The translations under genes were made by a program, and so were the position numbers. From Paraspadella gotoi (taxonomy: Eukaryota > Animalia > Chaetognatha), in contig CM119263.1 of the NCBI GenBank assembly GCA_051294375.1, forward strand, positions 6,110,932-6,174,931: DNA of 64,000 bases. Direction: 5' to 3'. Every line of letters starts with the position of its first letter. Within the stretch, counting starts at the first letter, position 1. This document shows, piece by piece, positions 49,090-59,450 of the stretch. The notes beneath the pieces are model-generated. The model saw nothing but the letters and a program-made list of their open reading frames with translations. It was not told the DNA's origin and did not search any database.

Positions 49090-50642
49090 ATGTCTTCTTT
49101 CGCGGCGAAAGTGTGGTCGGCGCTTTTCTACAGCGCCTCTTCCATCTTCATCATCTTCGTCAACAAGTTCGTTTTGACGACCTTTCATTTTCCGTCTTTC
49201 AATTTTCTCGGTCTTGCCCAAATGAGCTCCACAGTCATCCTGCTGGGATTCGCCAAAGTTTTTGGTAAGACTTATAAGATTTATTCATAGTTTTATATTG
49301 AAAATTGTAGTAAAGGGCTGCCTTTAATAAAAAAAAATCTACTTATTATTTTTCATGAGGATTTGTTGACTTTCCCGGCCTCGCCCCAAACTTACCCCGC
49401 CTCCTCTTTCCGCTGCCTCTGATCTACATCGGAAATCTCATGTTTGGACTCGGCTCCACCCAGAGACTCTCACTTCCCATGTTCACCGTCCTCCGTCGCT
49501 TCTCCATCCTCTTCACTCTCCTCCTGGAACAGATCGTCCTCGACGTTCGCGCCTCCACAGCGGGTAAGTTGCTATTCTTGCCGGTCGGGGAATACTTACC
49601 TCCTCGAAAAAACATAATAAATAAAAAGGAATGGGCATATCCAATCGTCCGTTGTCCATTAATTCTCTCATTATGAGTCTCCCTTTGCCATTTTCTCAGT
49701 GAAACTCTCCGTGACGACGATGATCCTGGGCGCCATCGTCGCCGCCTCCAACGATTTGTCCTTCGATCTTCAAGGCTACGTCCTCATTCTTCTCAACGAC
49801 GTCACCACCGCCCTCAACGGAGTCTACACCAAAAAGAAGCTCGACGCCAAGGAGATCGGAAAGTACGGCCTTCTCTTCTACAACGCTCTCTTCAATTTGG
49901 TCCCCTTCTCGCTTTTCTGCCACGCCTTGGGTAAGAAGTGATAATGCGATGGCGTGGGGTGATTAATTGTAAATGCTTGAAGTTTTCATCGTTTTGTCCT
50001 TAATTTTGTCAGGCGACGTTGAGGCAGCCTTCGACTTCGCGCATTGGAATCAGGCGTGGTTCCTCGCCTGCTTCGCCGCGTCAGGCGTGATGGGCTTCGT
50101 CCTCAACTATTCGGTCGTTCTGTGCACGTCGTACAATAGTGCCTTGACCACTACCATAGTCGGTTAGTACTCATTACGCATTATTGTTTCTTATGTATTG
50201 GGCATCAGGCAGGAAACTTGTTAAGTCTGAGGTATGATGGTTCTTGTGGTCGTTGTTTTGATTGCTTTGTTTTTTTGATTGTTATTTTGATCAATTGTCT
50301 TGATTTAATGTTGTTGTTGATTTTCATCCGACTTGACATCTTAATAATTGTCTCAACCAGGTTGCCTTAAAAATCTTATCATCACATACGTGGGGATGTT
50401 CGTGGGCGGAGATTACGTCTTCTCTTGGCCTAATTTTCTCGGCCTTAACGTCTCTATCATGGGAAGTCTCTGGTGGGTTATCTCTGTCGTACATCGTCCC
50501 TCGATTGACCCGTCGATTTCGATTTGATGACATTTTGTCCTTTTTTTTCAGGTATTCTTATTTGACGTTCGTCCAAAAAGAAGGATCAGGTCGCGGGGCC
50601 GGACTTAAAGGCCAGACTCTTCCCGTCACTCACGTCCGTTGA
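49090..50642 (+). CDS. SLC35D: SLC35D-family UDP-sugar transporter (fringe connection/sqv-7-like), 6 exons, ~320 aa
   Basis: Exons 49090-49264, 49360-49563, 49700-49930, 50013-50162, 50361-50472, 50552-50642. Motifs [73 protein letters not shown]. Confidence 0.93.
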
Positions 50643-50933
50643 ACGAATTCGCACTGCCTTTCCAGTAGCAAAATATATCTCAAAGAAAACGTTAATTATG
50701 ACATCGGTTTTTAATCTATTTACCATAATTTTTTTAAAAAATTCGTCTGGTTGTCGATTTGATTCCAGGTTTCGTTTTTGCTCCAAATCATGACATCTTC
50801 TAAAGACGTTGTTCCCTTTTGTACTATCGTTTTAACATTCACGTTGTTATTTTTTTGTTGGCACTAGTTATATATACGTATTTATTCTGTTTTATTTCTA
50901 GAAAATGAATTTTTTTTCTCTTAAAAAGTAGAG

Positions 50934-51450
50934 ATGCAAAGTTCACGACCGAACGACGAAAAAACTCGAATCGAAACATCGGATCTTAAATCGCGCGTCC
51001 CAATTTTCAAAAATCCTAATTATGGGACGCTGTACCGGGAGAGAAGAAAAAGTTCGCGCCAGCAAAAAAGTCTGAAACAAATTCTGGCCGTCGAAGCAAG
51101 ACAAAGAACCCCCTCAGATTCAGAGTGCGCGAAATATGTCAATTTTTTTTTTTCGTAGTCCTACGAGCTGTTTTTTAAATGAGACGCATGTTCGTTTTAT
51201 TGCCATCGCGCTCCATCTTTCCCCTTTCAGTCCCGAGATCCGTCCTCCTCTATACTCCGACATCGACGCTCCCCCTTCGTCCCGCCCACCTCGCCGCTAC
51301 AGCGACATCTCCGGCCTTGAATCCCGATACGTGGATCCCACTTCCGGCCTCCGGTTCTCCTCGCCCGAAGAATTCTCCAAGATCAAATACTTGCCAGACG
51401 AAGTGGTCTCTGGCTTGCTGGCTATTCGCAAAGCTCCCGCAGAAAATTAG
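50934..51450 (+). CDS. INO80C: INO80 complex subunit C (Ies6, YL1_C domain), 2 exons, ~136 aa
   Basis: Exons 50934-51124 and 51231-51450. FKNPNY...KSLKQIL, then YSDIDAPPSSRPPRRYSDISGLESRYVDPTSGLRF...LAIRKA. Confidence 0.9.
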
Positions 51451-52300
51451 TCGGTCGACGAGTCACGAGAAAATTACTCAACGTCGCGGAACAAGCGGAC
51501 GAATGTCTCATTCTGTCACGTCTCCCCGTCGATACGCGGGTACGATTTTTTCATTATCTTGGCGCATTTCTCTTTTAAATTGTTTCGATTAATTAACGGC
51601 AATATTTTTATCCATTTAAATTTATTACTATCTTTTACCTATTTTGGTTTTCATCCATCATAGGCGACGACGGCTCGTCTTCGGGGGACAGCGAAAAAAT
51701 TGATAAAAATGAAAGCGACGTTAGCGATAACGTGAACGCCGTCTCTCATCGAGTCACTTCATTGAATCCTAATGAGTCGCTGGTGTATTTGGTCTCTGTC
51801 AAACTCTGCCGATTTAGTCGCGACACTCTACGGCTGTTCGATCCCATCGTCACCACCGGGTCAGCGCAACGCCATCTCAAATTTCTTTCAAAACTCTTAA
51901 ATCTCGTAATGTAATTAAATTCGTTTTTTTTTACGTCTAATCAGGACTCGCGTCAACTTTTCCCCGATGTTTTCAGATATCAAAGAGGATTCAACCTCTG
52001 GCGACGCTCTCAAATTGATAAACGATCGTTACCTTTATCCTTGACATTTTTATATTTTAAAGATGTTCGTATTCATATTTCATTGCTGTTGTTAGTTCCT
52101 TCAATTCATATTCATATCGAGAATTAATTTTATTACCGATTCCTCTGTTAAATACAGTTTTGTTTTTCGATCCTTAACGAGATTCGCCTTTTTGTTGTAG
52201 TATTTTTGTTTTTAGATGCCACGTTTTCTTAAATTGTAGACTGTCAATCAGTCATGAAATGAACTGTTGTCGAGTCATACAACGGCGGCGATTATAAAGC

Positions 52301-53916
52301 ATGAATTCGTTCAGGAAATGGCTGCACAAGCCGAAAGTAAGACATTTTGTTTATTTGTGAAATTATTTGGCCGCGATGACCGATTTTACCATTGGCCATT
52401 CCATTAAACCGATCAGCGCGACGATCCTTCCGCCTTCGCTCGCTTCTACTACGCGGACGAAGAGTTGGCGCTCGTCGCGTCGGAGCTCGACTCCTTCGAC
52501 GGGCGACGCGATCCCGAGAGATGCTCCGCCCTCGTCGCCCAGCTTCGCGCCTGTCAGGATAAGCTGCTCAGGGTGCTACAGGTCCGGAGACACTTTTTAC
52601 GATCTCAAAAAGTCATTTAATAATTAAGCCATGCGTGGCTCATATAACGTTAAAACTCCATTGAATCAGTGATCGTTTTCTCGGAACAAACTTTTGTAGA
52701 TATATAGACTTTTAAGAAAACAAATTATAATTTTTCACAACGAATTTATTTGAAAATAATGCAGACATGTTTCGGACATTATACTGTTCTTCTTCAGTGC
52801 AAATTTTTACATTTGTGAATTACAAAAGTTTGGTAAATTATTATTGAGATGGAGGGAGAGAGAGAGAAAAAGATAGAGAGGGATACAGCTTCCAAAAAAG
52901 GGTTGAGGGAAAAAATAACAATAGGAGGGTGAGGACATTTGAAGTTTTTTAGCTCAGAGAGAGAGAGGTACAGGAGGGAAAGGAAATGAAAGGTGAGAGG
53001 AGAAATAATGTAGAAGTAATAAATTAAATTAAACTTTACATTAGAACAAAAAAAAATGTATAAACTAAATTGGAAGTGAATGTAAATTGAAAATAAATTC
53101 ATAACAACAATTGAGTAATTTATAGTTTCAGTATTTGAAAGTGAAAGGCAAATTTGACGTTTGTGAAAGGAGAAAGATAAAGGAAAAAAAAAAACAAATA
53201 AATTCGTTGTGAAAAATCAAAATTTGTTTTCTTATATTTACTTACCAACGAAACGAAAGAAAAACCATCAAATCTAGATATAGACTATAAATAATTTTGT
53301 GTTGTAATCAAAAACTTTCATTATAATCGATTCAAATGAAATTTCATTAAACCCGACTTTCAGGGAGAAATCCTGCCGATGGCGGTCTCACCGCTTCTTC
53401 TATCGCCGCGAGATTTTCGCGCCAAGTTTCCCGATGACATTGTTCAGGACAATTTGCCTGGTCAGCTTTGGTTCGGTGCTGAGGTGAGTAATTTTGATTT
53501 TTCCGCTCCACACCATCAGTGTAACGCTGTGGACTCTGTTTTTATAATGTTCCTTCTGTTCCTTACCTCTCACCGCCCCTCCAATTCTCTACTTCTTTCA
53601 AGTGCCTCGCTGCTGGGTCCTCGATCCTCCACCGCGAGTTGGAGTCCAACTTTATGCGACCCCTGGCGCGTAATCTTACTCGATGCTTGGACGAGGTGCG
53701 TTCCCTGCTCCGCGAGCAGTGTCTAGCGCCTCCGCAGTTGGACTTGACCATGTCCCCGACGCTGGTGAAGACCGCGGACCGCGTCGTCGACTCGCGCCTC
53801 AAGTCGCCCCTCGCCATCGCCACCACCTTGCCGACCGTCGTGAGACCGAGGTTCGGCCAGAAGCTCGTCGAGCAGCTCGTCCTCTTCGACAAACTTTTTG
53901 CCGAGTTTGAACTCTG
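52301..53916 (+). CDS. ZFYVE28: Lateral signaling target 2 (lst2/ZFYVE28), first four coding exons only
   Basis: Exons 52301-52336, 52417-52581, 53364-53483, 53603-53916. Sequence [15 protein letters not shown]...RFYYADEEL...[14 protein letters not shown]...[10 protein letters not shown]...[14 protein letters not shown]...[10 protein letters not shown]. It ends at a gtaagt donor; the remaining exons (including FYVE) were not found in the window. Confidence 0.93.
52714..53234. mobile_element. Element with ~40 bp terminal inverted repeats containing a minimal hammerhead motif (Penelope-like remnant or MITE) in lst2 intron 2
   Basis: taagaaaacaaattataatttttcacaacgaatttatttg (52714-52752) versus caaataaattcgttgtgaaaaatcaaaatttgttttctta (53195-53234). 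Confidence 0.55.
52760..52801 (-). ncRNA. Minimal type-I hammerhead ribozyme motif
   Basis: Minus strand reads UGCA-CUGAAGA-AGAACAGUAUAAUGUCC-GAAA-CAUG-UC-UGCA: intact core, 4-bp stem I, palindromic short stem III, imperfect stem II. Confidence 0.6.
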
Positions 53917-54674
53917 GTAAGTAAGCTTGGTTGTTTGCAAACATTTTTGTCTTCGTTATTTTTTTAACTTTTTTCTTCTTTTTTTTTTTTTTTTGCTGTC
54001 TGCTTTTTCTCTGTTTAATTTTCTTGTAGAAATGCGTTCCTTTTTCTTTTGCTCATAGAATAATGATAAAGAACACTTATGAAAAACTTTCGAAATCTCT
54101 GTGAAAATAAATTTATTTCTGTATCCGTTGTAAAAAAAAAACCAATTTTCTCTTCATTTAAATTTCTTATAAATTGTCATTTATTTTGTGGGGTCATTTT
54201 TTAAAATGCTATTTTCTGTTTTCTGCTCGATTCAGAAACTGTTACTGATGGGAAAGCCAAATTTTCTTGCTAAATATGTAAAGTATGGAAAGTTGTAGAC
54301 ATATTCCTATTACATTCTATAATTATAAGTATAAAGAATATATTTTCAAACTATGAAAAAACCTGTCAAAATGTCCAAAAGAAAAGCCTAGTAATGTTGT
54401 CAACAAATGAACATCGTTCGCGGAAATACTAGCGTTTTCCGCGTCAGCCGCCGCAGGAATTTCTCTTTTGCGTTGCACTGATGCAGCTGCACCGTAGTTG
54501 CCCGCACTGGATTCCTCATATCGTGTCCTTGACTCGTCCCTCCCTCTCGGTTTTTCGATGGTTATCATTAGCCCGTACCTACCTATATCAACCTACAAAT
54601 TTACAACATTCCTATTTGCACATCATAATCATATTTCCTAGACGCTTCCTAAAGCCGGAAGAAACGACGGAAAC

Positions 54675-57600
54675 ATGAGCGAGTCTTGGCGGATCACTGC
54701 CCAGGAGCGGGCAAAGCACGACGCCCAGTTTCAGCAATTGAATCCCAAGAATGGAATGATCAGCGGCCAACAAGCTCGAGATCTTTTCCTAAAAAGCGGG
54801 TTGCCCCAGACTACACTCGCCAAGATCTGGGGACTGGCCGACGTTGACGGAGACGGAAAGATGACGCCGGACGAATTCTCCATCGCTATCTTCCTTATTA
54901 CCAAGAAGCTGCAGGGGAAAGAGGTTCCGAACTCTCTGCCTCCTAATTTGCAACCATCCGTCAAGGCAAACTCGAAAAATCGTGGAGTAGACGGGGATTT
55001 GGCGCCAAGCCCCGTCAGCGCCGTTCCCAACGGTAACAGCGGGACCAATGGATCCACCAACGGTTCAGCGCCGCAGCGACCAAAACCCTTTAAAACGGCA
55101 GCTGAGTCAGATTGGACCATTTCTCCGAACGACCGGATCAAATATGTGCAACTATTCGCAAAAAACGACGCGAAAAAGTCGGGATTTTTGACGGGAGCAC
55201 AAGCTCGACCCATTTTGCTTCAGTCGGGTTTGTCTCAAACCATCTTGGCGCAGATTTGGGGTTTGGCGGATTACGATAAGAACGGAAAGTTGAACGAGGA
55301 CGAGTTTTGCATCGCTATGCATTTGATAAACGCAGCCAAAACTGGGAAAACTATTCCGACGACGTTACCAGCTGAACTGGCTCCAGGAAGCAACAAGGAA
55401 AACGCCGCCGATCAAGAAAGTCGAACGAATAACTCTAGCGGTATATCCGATGCGGAAAAGCAAAGGCTTGAAGCGAAAAAGAAGGAAAATGAGGAGATTC
55501 AAAAACGCCAGAAAGAGTTGGCCGAAAAATTGGCCAAAGAAAAGGAAGAACGTGAGGCTCGCGAAAGGGTTGAACGGGAAGCCAGAGAAAAGGCAGAGCG
55601 AGAAGCTCGAGAAAAAGCCGAACGGGAGGCCAGAGAAAAAGCTCAGCGCGAGGCCAGGGAAAAGGCCGAACGAGAAGCCAGGGAAAAAGCCGAGCGGGAA
55701 GCCAGGGAAAAGGTTGAACGGGAAGCTGCCGAAAAGGCTGAAGCTGAAAAAAGGGAGCGTCAAAAACTTGAGGAGGAAAAGAGAAGGCAACTTGAAATAG
55801 AAAAACAAAAGGAAAAAGAGGAACAGCGCCAGAAGATCATGGCGCAGAAAGAAGCAGCTCGGAAGGAGGCTGAACGAAAGCGACAAGAAGAATGGATTAA
55901 GCAACGAAAAGCCGAAAATGAGATCAAAAGAGACAAAGAAAAATCTCTTATTAAAACATTAAAAAAACAACAGAGCGAAATGGTAACTGAACATCAATCA
56001 TTGGTCGACAAGGCTGTTACATTGGCAAAGGATATAGAGGGAGCGAGGGAACAGGTTGCTCTTAAGACTGCTGCCATAGATAAGATGCGCGAGAGCAGGG
56101 ATGAGAAGTTGAAGAAAATTAACGAGCTAAAGGAAAGCATAATTGAATGTCGTAAAAAAATACCTTCAACTTCTGATTTATTAACAATAGAAGAATTAAA
56201 ATCTTTGAATGCGGAAGATAACCCCGTTGCTCAAAGCTATGATAATGTAATGACAAATTTAAATTCTAAAAAAGAAAGCGTGGATAAGTTAAAGACAGAG
56301 TATGAAGAGTTGGACAAAAACGTACAGGCGAGAACAAAATCTGTCATTGAAATGTCAAAGACTGTGGAAATCCTGAAAAAGCAGATTGTGACATTAAAAG
56401 AAGAAAACTGTCGTCTTGAAGAGGATCAAGTAACTAAGTATAACAATATCATGGAAATTAAACGAAAGCGAGAAAATCCGACACCTCCATCTATGGAGTC
56501 GGAAATAAGCAATAAAATGCAAAAATTGAATGAATCTTCTTGGCCAGAGAACGATAATTCGGTCTTGGCAACGCATGGCTCGACGGATCATACTTCTTTT
56601 GGATCAACTGGTTTTGGGGATTCCAACACTGGTTTTGACAACGACAGTAATAAACAAATTATTAAATACCATGCTGTGTATAAATTTGAATCAAGAAATG
56701 CCGATGAATTAAGTCTTGAAATTGGTGATGTTGTATTGGTTGATGAAAGCCAAGAGACAGATCCGGGATGGATGGCTGGTACTATGAATGGAAAGTCAGG
56801 ATGGTTTCCCGAAGCTTACGTAGAAAAAATGGAAGTTTCTGGATCTTTTGTAGAACCAGTTCAGAGCCAACCAGTCAGCACTTTTATCGACAACACTTGG
56901 ACAAAAAATTCAGAGTTACCTCCGTCTCCTGGACCTATGCCGACTCAAATTGATGACAATATTATTCAAGTCCATTGTTTGGTAATTGCAAAAGCTCTGT
57001 ATTCATGGGATGCAAAAACCGACAATCAGTTGTCTCTCGTTAAGGATGATCAAATTTATGTCACTCAACAACATGAAACCTGGTGGAAAGGAGAATTGAA
57101 AAAGGATCTTGGAACTTTCAAGTGGTTCCCTAAATCATATGTTACTGTGACTTCTCAAAGCTCCGATGTAACTCAAAATGTCGCGAAAGATGCATCAGAA
57201 ACTGTTAGACGTGCCATGGCTTTGTACGCTTTTCAATCAGCCGAATCTGGTGATCTTGCTTTTGAAGCCGGGGAAGTAATCGAATTAACTGGAGCTGACG
57301 GGGATTGGTGGAGTGGAAACATTGGAAACCGCAGTGGAATTTTTCCTGCGAATTATGTTTCAGAAATAGATCCTATGCTTAAGAAAGCTTCCGATTCTAA
57401 AACTGACCAACCTTCGACAAGATCGGGTAAACGTTCGAGAAGATCCAGCGTTTCTGGTGATAGTGGTCGAAGGTCTCGGAGAGGTAGCATATCTGGGAAA
57501 ACGTCTAAGGATCAGGAAATATGTATCGCTATTGCTCCGTATGAATCCGCTGGAGTCGAGCAATTGAGCCTTACAGTTGGTCAACTGATCGCCATTAGAA

Positions 57601-58136
57601 AAAAGATGCCTTCCGGTTGGTGGGAAGGAGAGCTACGGGCTCGCGGCAAAAAAAGGAAGGTTGGATGGTTTCCCGGTGATTATGTTAAAATTCTTTCAAG
57701 CGGAGCGAGTGGAAGATCGAACTCCACTACACCAACCCCGGAACCCGTATCCATAGCAGTTGCTGCTGCCGCTGCGGCTGCTGCTACTGGCGCCAACTCC
57801 AATACTTCGAGTCCGCAACTGGAAGTTTCATCCGCCGAGCATGTCATCGCACTTTACAATTATACGGCTATTAACGACGATGAACTCAGCTTCAGCAAAG
57901 GAAACGTCATTCAGATTTTGAGTAAAGATGAAGTTGAATGGTGGAAGGGGAATTTACTCGAGGGTGGCGTCGATGGGATGGTTATCGCCACGGGTCTATT
58001 TCCAGCGAATTACGTACAAGCATTAAATCTTCCAGAAGATGCTGGGGGTATTGGAAGTATGACTGCACCATTTGTATCGTGCTTTGCATCATGTTTAGAC
58101 CCTAAAAGAAATATTGTTCCAGCTATTGAAAAGTAA
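54675..58136 (+). CDS. ITSN: Intersectin, short form (2 EH + coiled coil + 5 SH3), intronless, 1153 aa
   Basis: Single ORF. EH1 WRITAQERAKHDAQF...LAKIWGLADVDGDGKM; EH2 GAQARPILLQSGL...IWGLAD; K/E/R/Q-rich coiled coil. Five SH3 domains (YKFESRNADEL, ALYSWDA, ALYAFQS, IAPYESAGVEQL...GWWEGEL...GWFP, ALYNYTA...GLFPANYV). No DH-PH-C2. Confidence 0.96.
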   Translation: MSESWRITAQERAKHDAQFQQLNPKNGMISGQQARDLFLKSGLPQTTLAKIWGLADVDGDGKMTPDEFSIAIFLITKKLQGKEVPNSLPPNLQPSVKANSKNRGVDGDLAPSPVSAVPNGNSGTNGSTNGSAPQRPKPFKTAAESDWTISPNDRIKYVQLFAKNDAKKSGFLTGAQARPILLQSGLSQTILAQIWGLADYDKNGKLNEDEFCIAMHLINAAKTGKTIPTTLPAELAPGSNKENAADQESRTNNSSGISDAEKQRLEAKKKENEEIQKRQKELAEKLAKEKEEREARERVEREAREKAEREAREKAEREAREKAQREAREKAEREAREKAEREAREKVEREAAEKAEAEKRERQKLEEEKRRQLEIEKQKEKEEQRQKIMAQKEAARKEAERKRQEEWIKQRKAENEIKRDKEKSLIKTLKKQQSEMVTEHQSLVDKAVTLAKDIEGAREQVALKTAAIDKMRESRDEKLKKINELKESIIECRKKIPSTSDLLTIEELKSLNAEDNPVAQSYDNVMTNLNSKKESVDKLKTEYEELDKNVQARTKSVIEMSKTVEILKKQIVTLKEENCRLEEDQVTKYNNIMEIKRKRENPTPPSMESEISNKMQKLNESSWPENDNSVLATHGSTDHTSFGSTGFGDSNTGFDNDSNKQIIKYHAVYKFESRNADELSLEIGDVVLVDESQETDPGWMAGTMNGKSGWFPEAYVEKMEVSGSFVEPVQSQPVSTFIDNTWTKNSELPPSPGPMPTQIDDNIIQVHCLVIAKALYSWDAKTDNQLSLVKDDQIYVTQQHETWWKGELKKDLGTFKWFPKSYVTVTSQSSDVTQNVAKDASETVRRAMALYAFQSAESGDLAFEAGEVIELTGADGDWWSGNIGNRSGIFPANYVSEIDPMLKKASDSKTDQPSTRSGKRSRRSSVSGDSGRRSRRGSISGKTSKDQEICIAIAPYESAGVEQLSLTVGQLIAIRKKMPSGWWEGELRARGKKRKVGWFPGDYVKILSSGASGRSNSTTPTPEPVSIAVAAAAAAAATGANSNTSSPQLEVSSAEHVIALYNYTAINDDELSFSKGNVIQILSKDEVEWWKGNLLEGGVDGMVIATGLFPANYVQALNLPEDAGGIGSMTAPFVSCFASCLDPKRNIVPAIEK
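55572..55739 (+). repeat. Coding 24-nt tandem repeat x7 (EREAREKA) in the intersectin coiled coil
   Basis: Octapeptide repeat with divergent third codon positions. Confidence 0.9.
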
Positions 58137-59262
58137 ACAGAAATGTGATTTTATAACCCAAATACACTAAATTCCAACATTTTAAATACACGCGAGTAAA
58201 TTTTTTATGTTTTGTCATTATTTAATAGTTCTATTATTTTTAAAATTGTTAACCATTCTGTACTTCGTTTTTGCTATTATTTTTAACTTTGTGTTTTTAA
58301 CTTGTTTTAACCTCGTATTAGCTGCATTTTAACTACTTAGTAAAAATGAATTTTGCTTTTCACAAGATTTTATATCTTTTATACATACCTATGTTGGGTT
58401 ACCATAAAACTCAGCCATTCTGCCCTTCATTTAATAATGGTGTTGCTTAAACTCTCCATCTTAGTGAATATTTTGTCCTTTTTTCACGTTTTCTTTACAC
58501 TATCACAACTTTTTTATTTTTTTTATATTTTATTATGCAAGCTTGAATGCTTGATGGGTTTCGTGTCTGCAGATCTATATTTACTACTTTAGGAAATTGG
58601 TTAAATTTCTTATTTCGTCGTGAATTTGATTTTGTAATTTTTCAGAGATCTAACAATACGAACCTCATTTTAAATGTGTAGTTCATAGACATTGTCTGCT
58701 TAGTACCTTAACAATTTTACCTACGTACGTTAGCAGCGATTCTATTTCACTGCACTGCTAACATAAAAGACCTAAATAATATATCCCAAATAATGGCAGA
58801 ATGAAATGGTGCTATCAAGTTCCTTTTTCAAATGTTTATATTTATCATAAGTATATCGTAAGTAAAAAATTATGGTTTCCTTTCGCCCCCTATATCAGTG
58901 TGATGTGATTATTGCGGTAAGTACATGCACTTTTGTTTGTTATTGAGATTTTTTTTTCTAACATCTTGCAAAATAACTTACATCTTTCGTTTGTTTTCTT
59001 TAGCGGGGCAGAATAGTAACACAAAAATAAAGTTAGTTACTTCGAGATTTGGTAATTAATTCCATCGTTTGTTCTTGAATTCTTTATTTGTTGTTGACAG
59101 TACTTTTCGTCATACCGACTCTTTTTGTTTGTTTTAATACTCCAAGAACTAAAACAATTCCAATTCCAGTTAAAATGATGAAAAATAACTGCGACAGTCC
59201 TGAATTTTTTGTTTAAATAATTTAAGTATAATGGTGGACTAAAATCCACCAACCGTTCATCA

Positions 59263-59450
59263 GCGGCCATTGGTGCCGGAGGCAAGTCATTCGCCTCCCA
59301 ACCCAAAGGTCTGGGGTTCTATCCCGGTGGTCGCCTAGCAGTTAAGAGGGACGGGGCCCTTTACCCGCCTGTAACACGGTGTTACAGCCTGATCCGAAGT
59401 TCAGGGACTGCTTATATTGAACGGTTCTGTCACTAACATATAACAATAAT
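59263..59450 (+). mobile_element. tRNA(Gly-like)-derived SINE
   Basis: Head 59263-59335 has acceptor stem GCGGCCA/TGGTCGC, an A-box-like TGGTGCCGGAGG, a CTCCCAA loop and a B-box-like GGTTCTATCCC. The anticodon stem is broken. A GC-rich body and A-rich tail follow. Confidence 0.6.

Noticed and set aside
59263-59335. Functional tRNA-Gly(CCC) gene
   Set aside because: The anticodon and D stems do not pair, there is no poly-T terminator, and a SINE-like body follows.
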